From Spirochaetia bacterium (GTDB taxonomy: Bacteria > Spirochaetota > Spirochaetia > UBA9216), in the NCBI GenBank assembly GCA_963677925.2, contig CAXXYH010000001.1:32001-96000 (forward strand): DNA of 64,000 bases, read 5' to 3'. Below are positions 10,716 to 19,480 of this stretch, piece by piece. The translations under genes and the position numbers were made by a program. Each line of letters opens with the position of its first letter. Positions within the stretch are counted from its first letter, which is position 1. The notes beneath the pieces were generated by a model. That model worked only from the letters and a program-made list of their open reading frames with translations. It was not told where the DNA came from and did no database searches.

Positions 10716-12269
10716 TTATTCCTCATCATCCTCTATTTCAAAACTGATTCCTACACCACAGTTAGGACAGGATGTCATTTCAAGTGTAATTGGAGAGCCG
10801 CACTCAGGGCACTCATATCCTTCTTCATCGTCATCCTCATCATCTTCCTCTTCGGTTTCAGCATCATCACCGGAGTCTTCTGAGTCGGAGACTTCTTCAT
10901 CGTCATATGCCTCGTCTTCGTAGTATTCATCATCATCGGCATCCTGACTTTCTATATAATCTTCTTCTTCTTCGATAATGTCAACATTCTCGGCTATGAT
11001 AGACTTTATCAGAGCAACATCATCAGTGCTGAGGTTTTCAATTTTCTCAAGTTCCTCATCCTGCATGGCGACAAGATCTTCTATCAGCTCAATGTCGTTG
11101 GCCTGGAGAGAATCGACAATTCTCTCAGTTATCCCCGGCAGTTCAGCGATTGCTGTAATCTCTTCAGTTTCATCAATATCACCAAACAGTTCAGAAACGG
11201 CCTTTCTGGATTCAACTGCTATATCAAGCTCATCAAACTGAGCTTCAGTTTTAACATCAATGTTCCAGTCAACAAGTCTGTTGGCAAGTCTGACGTTAAG
11301 CCCCTGCTTACCGATTGCAAGAGAAAGCTGACTTTCAGCAACTATTGCAAGAGCCTGCCTTTTTGCCTCATCAAGTACAATTATATCATTGACTTCAGCC
11401 GGCGAAAGAGCATTCTTGATGAAAACCCGCGGATCAACATCGTATTTAAGGATGTCAATCTTCTCTCCTTCCAGTTCGCGCACGATTGCCTGGATTCGTA
11501 CACCTTTCATACCTACACATGCACCGACCGGATCTACATCATCACGGTTTGAGTAAACAGCTATTTTTGTTCTGTATCCCGGTTCCCGGACAATTTTGAA
11601 GATTTCAACAGTTTTGTCGTATATTTCAGGAACCTCAAGCTCAAATACTCTTTTTACGAAGTCAGTATGTGTTCTTGATAGAATTATCTGCAGGCCGCTG
11701 GGAGACTTGTTGATTTCATATATAAGGGCCTTGATACGATCATTGGGTCTGTATATTTCACGGGGAGACTGAAAACGTTTCGGCAGGATACCTTCGGTTT
11801 TTCCAAGATCAACATAGATATTACCGTTTCGTTCACGCTGGTAATACCCGATTATCATCTCTCCGAGTTTTTCATTATATTCTGAAAACAGAGTGTCTTT
11901 CTGTATTTCCCGAAGGGTCTGCTTGGCTTTCTGCTTAGCGCTCTGAACTGCTACGCGATCAAAATCCATCGGATCAATGGGAATGAGAAGTTCATCACCG
12001 ACTTCACAGTCTTCATTAAGCTTAAGAGCATCTTCAAGTTCGATCTCGGAAACAGGATCGTAAACACCGTCTACAATTTCCTTCTTAGCGAAAAGTTCAA
12101 CTTCCGCTCCGTCTTCACTGAACTGAACTACTGCGTTGTCCACAGTACCAAAAGTTTTCTTATATGCTGCAAGCAGAAAATCTTCAATGGTTTTGATAAC
12201 CAGATCTTCTGAAATACCTTTATCCTGAACTAACTGTCTTATAGCATCAGCTAAACCACCGGCTGCCAT
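10716..12269 (-). CDS. nusA: Transcription termination/antitermination factor NusA with acidic tail and C-terminal zinc ribbon
   Basis: REPGYRTKIAV, DPVGACVGMKGVRIQ and AIGKQGLNVRLA motifs; terminal CPEC...CPNC. Confidence 0.98.
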   Translation of the reverse strand: MAAGGLADAIRQLVQDKGISEDLVIKTIEDFLLAAYKKTFGTVDNAVVQFSEDGAEVELFAKKEIVDGVYDPVSEIELEDALKLNEDCEVGDELLIPIDPMDFDRVAVQSAKQKAKQTLREIQKDTLFSEYNEKLGEMIIGYYQRERNGNIYVDLGKTEGILPKRFQSPREIYRPNDRIKALIYEINKSPSGLQIILSRTHTDFVKRVFELEVPEIYDKTVEIFKIVREPGYRTKIAVYSNRDDVDPVGACVGMKGVRIQAIVRELEGEKIDILKYDVDPRVFIKNALSPAEVNDIIVLDEAKRQALAIVAESQLSLAIGKQGLNVRLANRLVDWNIDVKTEAQFDELDIAVESRKAVSELFGDIDETEEITAIAELPGITERIVDSLQANDIELIEDLVAMQDEELEKIENLSTDDVALIKSIIAENVDIIEEEEDYIESQDADDDEYYEDEAYDDEEVSDSEDSGDDAETEEEDDEDDDEEGYECPECGSPITLEMTSCPNCGVGISFEIEDDEE

Positions 12270-12286
12270 ATTGTTCCTCCGTTTAT

Positions 12287-12730
12287 TTAATAAAGTTTGG
12301 CTTTCTGTATAGAATCAAACATATATTTTACGGTTTCACCGTTTTCCGTTTTTATATCGACTGATTCTGTACCTGCCTCAACGATATCTCCGGTGAGCCA
12401 CTGACTGTCTATCAGAAGCTGTATCTTTTCACCGGCGAATACTTGAAACTCGTAAGCATCCTTAAGAATACGGCCGATTCCCGGAGAAGATATCTCGAGA
12501 GATACATCCCTGTTTTCAGCCCATACTTCAATTCGTGGCATTACAGCCCTGGAGATAGTGCCGCACTGGTCAATTCCAATCCCGCCCTTCTGGTAAAGTA
12601 CAAGATTTATCTGTAGGGTTTTATTGATGACCGCGGAACTGAGCCTGACGATAGACGCGTCATAACCATCACAAACGGGTTTTATTACTGAAAATAATTC
12701 ATTTTCTTCGTAGCTGTTATATTTCAACAT
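12287..12730 (-). CDS. rimP: Ribosome maturation factor RimP
   Basis: GIGIDQC...LEISSPGIGR motif. Start moved to ATG 12730 (GGTGGA RBS) because the track's longer ORF runs through the promoter and into comF. Confidence 0.9.
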   Translation of the reverse strand: MLKYNSYEENELFSVIKPVCDGYDASIVRLSSAVINKTLQINLVLYQKGGIGIDQCGTISRAVMPRIEVWAENRDVSLEISSPGIGRILKDAYEFQVFAGEKIQLLIDSQWLTGDIVEAGTESVDIKTENGETVKYMFDSIQKAKLY

Positions 12731-12756
12731 TCCACCTGTAAAAAACTGAATAGCAT

Positions 12757-12784
12757 AAAAAAAGAAGTCGTTGATAGACTTCTT
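12757..12784 (-). terminator. Terminator/attenuator hairpin in the rimP-nusA-infB leader
   Basis: Minus strand AAGAAGTC-TATCAAC-GACTTCTT-TTTTT, between the promoter and the rimP RBS. Confidence 0.7.
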
Positions 12785-12811
12785 AAAGCAGGTTTCTTCA
12801 GTTGTCAAGTC

Positions 12812-12840
12812 ATAATATCTTATTGAGATATTTATGTCAA
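12812..12840 (-). promoter_or_regulatory. Sigma70-type promoter of the rimP-nusA-infB operon
   Basis: TTGACA (12840-12835), 17-bp spacer, TATTAT (12817-12812). Confidence 0.75.
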
Positions 12841-12869
12841 TAAAGACAGCTTTCCGTAAGGGACAAATC

Positions 12870-13616
12870 CTATATATCGATAACAAATGTAAGGCAGCGG
12901 ATTTCACTGCAGCCCTGGTCTCCCAGAACTTCCGCGCAGCAGTCAAGTGTTGCCCCTGTTGTAAAAACATCATCCAGCAGGAGTACTTTTTCAGGTGGGC
13001 GAATATCCTGCATGCAGCTTATTTTTCCATGCAGATTCTTTTTCCTGTGTTCATAATCAAGAGTTTTCTGGGCTGCCCCGTCTTCTCTTAACAGGCATTC
13101 ATAAACAGGCAGTTTGTATCGGGTGCGAAGAAGATCTGTGACCGTTTTTACCTGATCCCACCCCCTTTTTTTTACTGAAGACGGTCTGAACGGAACAGGA
13201 ACTAAAGTATACCCTTCCATTTTTCCGGCATAATATTGATTAACCATATAGGCGTAAAATGAAGAGAGATTTTTTATTTTACCGAATTTATATTCACGCA
13301 GGATTTTCTTGGAAAGCTCTCTGTATGTGCTTAAACTTTCCGATGATGAGAAATGCCAGGCATTTTCACGGCATCTCAGACATAATTCCCGCTCAGATGT
13401 CATCGGGTATCCGCATACACGGCATCTGTCCTCAAATATTTTTCCAAATATACCGGTTTCACTGATGTACTCATTGAAACATACTGAACATAGCGGAATC
13501 TGAGGTACTGACAGATTTCTGGATGACAACAGATTTACAGAACAGCCGATACAGTAGTCCGGGAGAATGAGATCTGAAAAAATGCGGAAAATATTCTTAA
13601 CGTCGGGCTTAATCAT
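12870..13616 (-). CDS. comF: ComF family protein (double zinc ribbon + PRTase-like)
   Basis: Four CxxC motifs, VPVP...KKRGWDQ and LLLDDVFTTGATL. Confidence 0.92.
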   Translation of the reverse strand: MIKPDVKNIFRIFSDLILPDYCIGCSVNLLSSRNLSVPQIPLCSVCFNEYISETGIFGKIFEDRCRVCGYPMTSERELCLRCRENAWHFSSSESLSTYRELSKKILREYKFGKIKNLSSFYAYMVNQYYAGKMEGYTLVPVPFRPSSVKKRGWDQVKTVTDLLRTRYKLPVYECLLREDGAAQKTLDYEHRKKNLHGKISCMQDIRPPEKVLLLDDVFTTGATLDCCAEVLGDQGCSEIRCLTFVIDI

Positions 13617-13650
13617 GTAATAAAGAAAAGGGTATAATTATTCTGCTGAT

Positions 13651-16239
13651 TCAGCTGTCCGCCAGCTTTTCCTTCCATGAAGAGATTTTATTTAGAGCAT
13701 CAAGGGGGGTCATTTTGTTCAAATCACATGATTTGATTTCGTTCTCAATCATTTCGGATTCACTGAAAAGCTGAAGATTCGGTGTATTAAGAGGCACGGA
13801 TTTACTTTTAATTACCTTCTGTTCAAGTTCTGCCTTGGATTCCAGTTCCGCCTGGATTTCACGGGCTCTGGTGATTACCGAATCGGGTATTCCTGCAAGC
13901 CTCGCTACATGTATACCGTATGATGCATCAGCCGGACCTTCCTTGATTCTTTTAAGAAAGATTATATTCTCATCCTTCTCGATTACCTCAAGCGACAGAT
14001 TTATAAGTCCCTGATGCTCAAGAAGAGTCAGTTCATGGTAGTGAGTGGCGAAAAGTGTTTTTGCTGAAAGTTTATCAAGCAGGTACTCAGATACTGCCCA
14101 GGCAATTGAGAGACCGTCATTTGTTCCTGTTCCGCGCCCTACTTCATCCATGATAATCAGACTTCTGGAGCTTGCCGAGTTAAGGATGTTTGCTGTTTCG
14201 TTCATTTCAACAAGAAATGTGGATTCTCCTCTTGCAAGGTTGTCGGAAGCTCCGACCCGGCAGAAGATCTTGTCAACAGTTCCGATTTCGGCCGAATCTG
14301 CCGGGACAAATGATCCTGATTGAGCCAGGAGTGCTATAAGTGCGTTCTGTCTTAAAAAGGTGGATTTACCCGCCATATTCGGACCTGTGATCAGAGCAAA
14401 ATAATTACTGCCGTTATCAAGCTCAAGTGAATTGGGAATAAAATCACCCGACGGCAGGTTTGCTTCGACTACGGGATGCCTTCCGTTTCGGATATCCATC
14501 TTTGAGCTTTCATTAACAACAGGTTTTACCCATCCGAATTTTGTAGCTGCGGTTGCAAAAGATGCCACACAGTCTATTTCAGCTATATAGGCAGAAAGCA
14601 GTAATAATGTTTCGATATCCTTTCTGATTTCAGATCTGATTTTTACGAAAATCTCTTTTTCAAGCTCAACCGCTTTTTCAGAGGCGGAATTGAGATCGGT
14701 TTCAAGATCTGCAAGTTTTTCAGTCGTGAAGCGTTCTGCACCAACGAGAGACTGGCGTCTTATGAAGTGTCCGGGTACAGCGTTAAGGTTTGATTTTGTC
14801 ACTTCGATAAAATACCCGATAATTTTGTTGTATTTAATTTTAAGATTATTGATTCCGGAATCTTCTTTTTCCTTTTCAAGGTATTCTTTAAGAATTTCCC
14901 GGCTGTGTTCTTTAAGCTGTTTCAGCCTGTCAAGTTCACCGTCCCAGCCTCTTTTAATAAGCCTTCCTTCAGTGAGCAGTATTGACGGGTCTTCATCGAT
15001 AGTTTTCTCAAGTAAATCAAGCATTCTGAGGCTGTTGGATACTGCTTCGTCAGGAAGCTTTGCCTCCTCATAATCCCACTCAATAAGAAGTTCATTAAGC
15101 CTCTGGACAGCTCTGAGTGAGTTTCTCACTGAAAGAAGATCCCTGGCGTGAGCCTTCTCCATGGCTATTCTGGAACTGAGTCGTTCAATATCCAGTATTG
15201 ATGACAGTTCAGCAGTAATTGCAGACAGCAGGATTTGATCATGGTAGAGTGAATTTACCCGCTCGAGACGGCTGTTGATTTCATCAGTTTTAACAAGCGG
15301 ATGAACTATCCAGTTTTTCAGCCTGCGGGCTCCCATTGCTGTTCTTGTGTGATCAACAACCTCAATCAGAGAATATCTTCTGCTTCCGTCTGTCAGATTT
15401 GAGGTTATTTCAAGATTCCTCAGGCTTGATTCATCGAGCAGAAGAAAATCACTGTCATTAAGAAGTTTTAAGGTTCTGACATGTGGAAGAAGACTTTTTG
15501 ATGTATCAGATAAATATTCAAGAATTACCCCGCAGGAATAAACTGAAGGATCAGAATCGGAAATACCGAAGCCCTTCAGTGATGAAACCTTGAATTGTCT
15601 TGTAAGCAGCTTGTATGAGTTCTCAAGATCGAAGGACCAGTCTGGGAAATGGTTAACTAATAGGCTGCTGCGATCTTTCAGAAGTCTCGAAATATCTGAG
15701 TTGCTTTCCGCTATAGACTGCTGTATAAGAAGTTCTCCCGGTGCAAGTCTGAGCAGTTCCCTTTTCAGGATTTCATACGCCGATTCAGCCGGATAGGATG
15801 ATGCGTAAAACTCGCCGGTTGATAAATCTATGTAGGAAATTGAAAGATGTTTTTTATAAATACCGGCCGACATGAGATAATTGTTTCTGGTGCTGTCAAG
15901 GAAATCTTCCTCTGTAACTGTACCGGGTGTGATGATTTCAACTACTTCACGTTCGGCAATTCCCTTGCCGCCCTCGGGCATTTTTACCTGCTCACAGATT
16001 GCTATTTTTCTGCCGGCTTTAAGCAGCCTTGCAATATATCCGTGCGAGGCATGATAAGGGATTCCGCACATAGGGATATTATGCCGTTTGGTAAGTGTAA
16101 GATTCAGAATTGATGAGGCTTCTTTTGCATCACTCTGAAACATTTCATAGAAATCTCCAAGGCGGAAAAAGAGGATTGAATCAGTGTGTTCAGCTTTGAT
16201 GCGCCTGTACTGGCGCATCATTGGCGTGTCAGTCGACAT
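13651..16239 (-). CDS. mutS: DNA mismatch repair protein MutS
   Basis: TPMMRQY, FFRLGDFYEMF, GPNMAGKST, GESTFLVEM, DEVGRGT and FATHYHEL motifs. Confidence 0.99.
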   Translation of the reverse strand: MSTDTPMMRQYRRIKAEHTDSILFFRLGDFYEMFQSDAKEASSILNLTLTKRHNIPMCGIPYHASHGYIARLLKAGRKIAICEQVKMPEGGKGIAEREVVEIITPGTVTEEDFLDSTRNNYLMSAGIYKKHLSISYIDLSTGEFYASSYPAESAYEILKRELLRLAPGELLIQQSIAESNSDISRLLKDRSSLLVNHFPDWSFDLENSYKLLTRQFKVSSLKGFGISDSDPSVYSCGVILEYLSDTSKSLLPHVRTLKLLNDSDFLLLDESSLRNLEITSNLTDGSRRYSLIEVVDHTRTAMGARRLKNWIVHPLVKTDEINSRLERVNSLYHDQILLSAITAELSSILDIERLSSRIAMEKAHARDLLSVRNSLRAVQRLNELLIEWDYEEAKLPDEAVSNSLRMLDLLEKTIDEDPSILLTEGRLIKRGWDGELDRLKQLKEHSREILKEYLEKEKEDSGINNLKIKYNKIIGYFIEVTKSNLNAVPGHFIRRQSLVGAERFTTEKLADLETDLNSASEKAVELEKEIFVKIRSEIRKDIETLLLLSAYIAEIDCVASFATAATKFGWVKPVVNESSKMDIRNGRHPVVEANLPSGDFIPNSLELDNGSNYFALITGPNMAGKSTFLRQNALIALLAQSGSFVPADSAEIGTVDKIFCRVGASDNLARGESTFLVEMNETANILNSASSRSLIIMDEVGRGTGTNDGLSIAWAVSEYLLDKLSAKTLFATHYHELTLLEHQGLINLSLEVIEKDENIIFLKRIKEGPADASYGIHVARLAGIPDSVITRAREIQAELESKAELEQKVIKSKSVPLNTPNLQLFSESEMIENEIKSCDLNKMTPLDALNKISSWKEKLADS

Positions 16240-16244
16240 GCAGC

Positions 16245-16781
16245 TTAATTATTTTCCCTTGCCGCCTGCCACTGTAATCTTTCAAGCACCAGATCAGTAA
16301 TGTCAATTTCATGGTTGTACCATAAAATATCGGGGTCCTGGGTTCTCATAATCATTGAGTAACCTTCTGACTCTGCAATATAAGTGATTGCATCGAGAAT
16401 CTCTGCCGTAAAGGTTGAAGACTGAGCAAGCCCCTGTTTTTTTGCATTGATCCGGTTTGTCATAACTGAATGGAATTCTTTGGCATATTCCTGCTTCGAA
16501 TAAATCTGAGCGTCAATCTGAAGGACCTTCTGATCATCCCCTGCATTCTCTGCTTCAAGCTTCTGCATCTTGAGATCGTTAATTTCATCAAGAATATCAG
16601 CCATTCCATCATTGTATTTCTCCTGAATTGCTGATATTTCACGCCAGGCTGAAGATTCGGCGAAATAGTCATCAACAATCCTTGAGAAGTTTACAATTCC
16701 GATTTTGGAAAGCTGTTCGGCATAGAGGCTGCCTGATATTGAGATAATAATTAAAATTAAAATAAAGATTTTCTTATTCAA
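16245..16781 (-). CDS. skp: Skp/OmpH periplasmic chaperone
   Basis: Signal peptide, KIGIVN, coiled coil, IAESEGYSMI...DITDLVLERL; directly downstream of bamA. Confidence 0.85.
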   Translation of the reverse strand: MNKKIFILILIIISISGSLYAEQLSKIGIVNFSRIVDDYFAESSAWREISAIQEKYNDGMADILDEINDLKMQKLEAENAGDDQKVLQIDAQIYSKQEYAKEFHSVMTNRINAKKQGLAQSSTFTAEILDAITYIAESEGYSMIMRTQDPDILWYNHEIDITDLVLERLQWQAARENN

Positions 16782-16803
16782 AATTCTACTCCTTAAAGTC
16801 TAA

Positions 16804-19464
16804 TTAAAAGTAATCAAGATCGAAACTTACTACAAAGTCAAGACCGCCGGTTTCACTGTCTCCGGCAAAAAGTTCACCCTGCTGCCACTGAAAAGTGCCT
16901 TCACTGTCGAAATTAAATCTTTTGGCCAGGAAGAAGGAGATTGGGAAACTCGGTATATCAACCTGCAGACCGGTACCGAATGAGAAGTAAAAGTCGTCAA
17001 GTGAAATACCTGACAGATCTGAAACCTCATCCCATACAGCAGTACTGCTGAAGAAGTTTACCCATGACAGCATACCGGGTGCTACCGGTGTAGTAAAATC
17101 AATTACATTGTCCCAGAGGACCTTGTTATCATAGTTATATCCCCAGCCTCTTGCAATAAACATACCATCAAAATAAAGCAGATCGGAACGGGTAGCTACA
17201 GTATCTGTGGTCCATGAACCTGAGCTGCTGTCATAATAAAACTGATCGAGAATCATTGAGAACTGGGAATGCAGTCCCATGACCATGCTCAGGTTGAATT
17301 CCTCTGAAAGTGAAATATCAAAAAGTTTGAAATATGCATCGGCATCGGTTTTGGTTTTTATATAATGTCTGCTTCCGAAGAGAAATCCTCCGGTATATGT
17401 AAGGGTCTCCTTAATCTGGTATCCCTTTGTAGGTGAATATGTAAGGTCTCTGGTATCCCAGCTTGCTGTTGTCCAAAGCTTGTTGACAAACTGCCAGGTA
17501 TCAAGTGCATCCCTTATGGTTTTGTCATAGGGGCGGTAAATAGATGAATCGTACTGTGCAAAGGAAAGCGTTGTGCTTGCGCCTGTGCCTACTCCAAGTC
17601 TTCCATAGGGGGTATGCCAGGAATATCCTGCATTTCCGCCAAGAGAGAAGTCAAAGGACTCATAGGACATCAGGTATTCGCTTCCGATAGTTTCACTCTG
17701 TGAGACGGCATAATCATAATCAGTTAAAACATCACCGTCATCGATAAGAGTCTGGAGTTCACCTGAGGCTTCCAGTGCTGTAAGTTCGGCATCGGTAAGC
17801 GCTTCACCGGCTGAATACGAATCATCACTCGCATCAGCAGCCCAGACAAGGTGTCCATCGTAGGGATCCGGAACAACGAAAATATTATCGTCATCATCTA
17901 TATCAAAAATCGGATACATAACATCCTGCGGAACACTGCTGTAAAGGTTATGACTGATAGAAAAATCAACACCGGCGGATATTCTCTGGTCAAAAAGCCA
18001 GCCGTCATCCCAGCTGAAGGTGACTTCCTGCGTCGCAGTTGAAAGTTCAACACCGACGCTTAACGCGTTTCCTTCGCCGAGAAAGTTGGTATCGGTCCAT
18101 TTTAGAAAACCTATAATCGGAAGAGAGCTTTCTGTAGATGTAAAAGTCATTCCGAACTGAATGTCGGTAGTGTTGTCTTCTTCTACGTTGATCACGAGAT
18201 CCATAAGGCCGGATTCACTGCCGTAGGGCATTTCCGGAATAACAGAGGTGAAGTATCTCGTGTTATAAAGGTTGTTCAGTCCCTGCATGATAGCTGACTT
18301 ACTGAATATATCTCCAACTTCAAGCGGGATTTCACGAAGTATAACGTATTCCTTTGTCTTTTCATTGCCTTTTACAATAATGTTCTCGATATGTGCTCTG
18401 CTTAGCTCGGAAATATTAATCTTATACGATATTTCCTTAGTCTGTTCATTACGTGTTTCCTGTCGGCTGATAGTATTGTAGATATAGCCGTCATTGTAAT
18501 ACTTGTCGCTGATGAGCATGTAGTCGCTTTCAAGTTTTGTTCTGTTTAGAATAGAGCCGGGTTTTGATGAAACCTGCTTCAGAAGTTCTTCATCGGTAAA
18601 AAGCGTATTGCCGCTGAAGCTGAATCCCCCGAATTTCCATTGTGCGCCTTCTTCGATGTAAAATGTAATATTTACATAATTTCTGTCTTCAGCGTCATCT
18701 TCAGCTGCTTCCACTGCTACATCAAGGATTTTAGCATCGATATAGCCGCTGTCCATGTAGTATTTCAGAAGCGCCGCCTTATCTTCCTCTATACGGCTTT
18801 CTTTGTAGATACCAGTGGTAAAAAAAGACTGCTGTTTTGATTTAAGCTGACCCTTTAAGGTGTTTTCTGAAGCAAAGGTATTACCGCTGAAGGCTATGTT
18901 TTTAATTCTTGTCTGAGAACCTTCCACTATGGTAAAAGTGATATCGACAAGACCGTTGGTGTCAGCGGAACTGATTGAGCTTTCAATCTCAGCATCCGGG
19001 TAACCTTCGTCTGTGTAGAGATTCTTTACGGCCTCTGTATCCATCCTGATTCGGGCCTTATTGAGGATATCATCTTTCTTTGTCAGAATAACATCCATAA
19101 TATCGTTTTTATTAACACTCTTGTTTCCGGAAAGAATGATTTTATCGACAAGCGGCCGTTCTGTAACGGTAAATTCAATTATGACTTCGGTTTGTTCATC
19201 ATTGCCCGGAAGAGCGTTGGCGGTAAATGTTTCAAAATAATTAAGGGCATAAAGCTTGCTCTGAAGATCCCAGAAAAGCGTATCTGAGAAAGTTTTTCCC
19301 TTGAACTGTGATGTAATTCCTTCAAGTTCAGAAGGATTTATATGATTCAGACCGCTGAAAGTAACATCTTTGATGGGCTTATTAACATACCATTCAAGTT
19401 CCTGTCCAAAAGCAAATGCAGCTGTAAGGAGTATAAGAACAGCTGATATGATGATTTTTCGCAT
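16804..19464 (-). CDS. bamA: Outer membrane protein assembly factor BamA
   Basis: Signal peptide (ATG 19464, GAGGAG RBS), POTRA repeats (e.g. GNEKTKEYVILRE), DTNFLGEG, IARGW (VRGF-like) and terminal Phe. Confidence 0.95.
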   Translation of the reverse strand: MRKIIISAVLILLTAAFAFGQELEWYVNKPIKDVTFSGLNHINPSELEGITSQFKGKTFSDTLFWDLQSKLYALNYFETFTANALPGNDEQTEVIIEFTVTERPLVDKIILSGNKSVNKNDIMDVILTKKDDILNKARIRMDTEAVKNLYTDEGYPDAEIESSISSADTNGLVDITFTIVEGSQTRIKNIAFSGNTFASENTLKGQLKSKQQSFFTTGIYKESRIEEDKAALLKYYMDSGYIDAKILDVAVEAAEDDAEDRNYVNITFYIEEGAQWKFGGFSFSGNTLFTDEELLKQVSSKPGSILNRTKLESDYMLISDKYYNDGYIYNTISRQETRNEQTKEISYKINISELSRAHIENIIVKGNEKTKEYVILREIPLEVGDIFSKSAIMQGLNNLYNTRYFTSVIPEMPYGSESGLMDLVINVEEDNTTDIQFGMTFTSTESSLPIIGFLKWTDTNFLGEGNALSVGVELSTATQEVTFSWDDGWLFDQRISAGVDFSISHNLYSSVPQDVMYPIFDIDDDDNIFVVPDPYDGHLVWAADASDDSYSAGEALTDAELTALEASGELQTLIDDGDVLTDYDYAVSQSETIGSEYLMSYESFDFSLGGNAGYSWHTPYGRLGVGTGASTTLSFAQYDSSIYRPYDKTIRDALDTWQFVNKLWTTASWDTRDLTYSPTKGYQIKETLTYTGGFLFGSRHYIKTKTDADAYFKLFDISLSEEFNLSMVMGLHSQFSMILDQFYYDSSSGSWTTDTVATRSDLLYFDGMFIARGWGYNYDNKVLWDNVIDFTTPVAPGMLSWVNFFSSTAVWDEVSDLSGISLDDFYFSFGTGLQVDIPSFPISFFLAKRFNFDSEGTFQWQQGELFAGDSETGGLDFVVSFDLDYF

Positions 19465-19480
19465 AATTTCTCCTCGAAAA

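Noticed and set aside
12731-12973. N-terminal extensions of rimP (and likewise bamA to 19512, the HI0933 gene to 46377, EIIA-CBS to 36324)
   Set aside because: They run through promoters or neighbouring genes; downstream starts match the RBS position or the family N-terminus.
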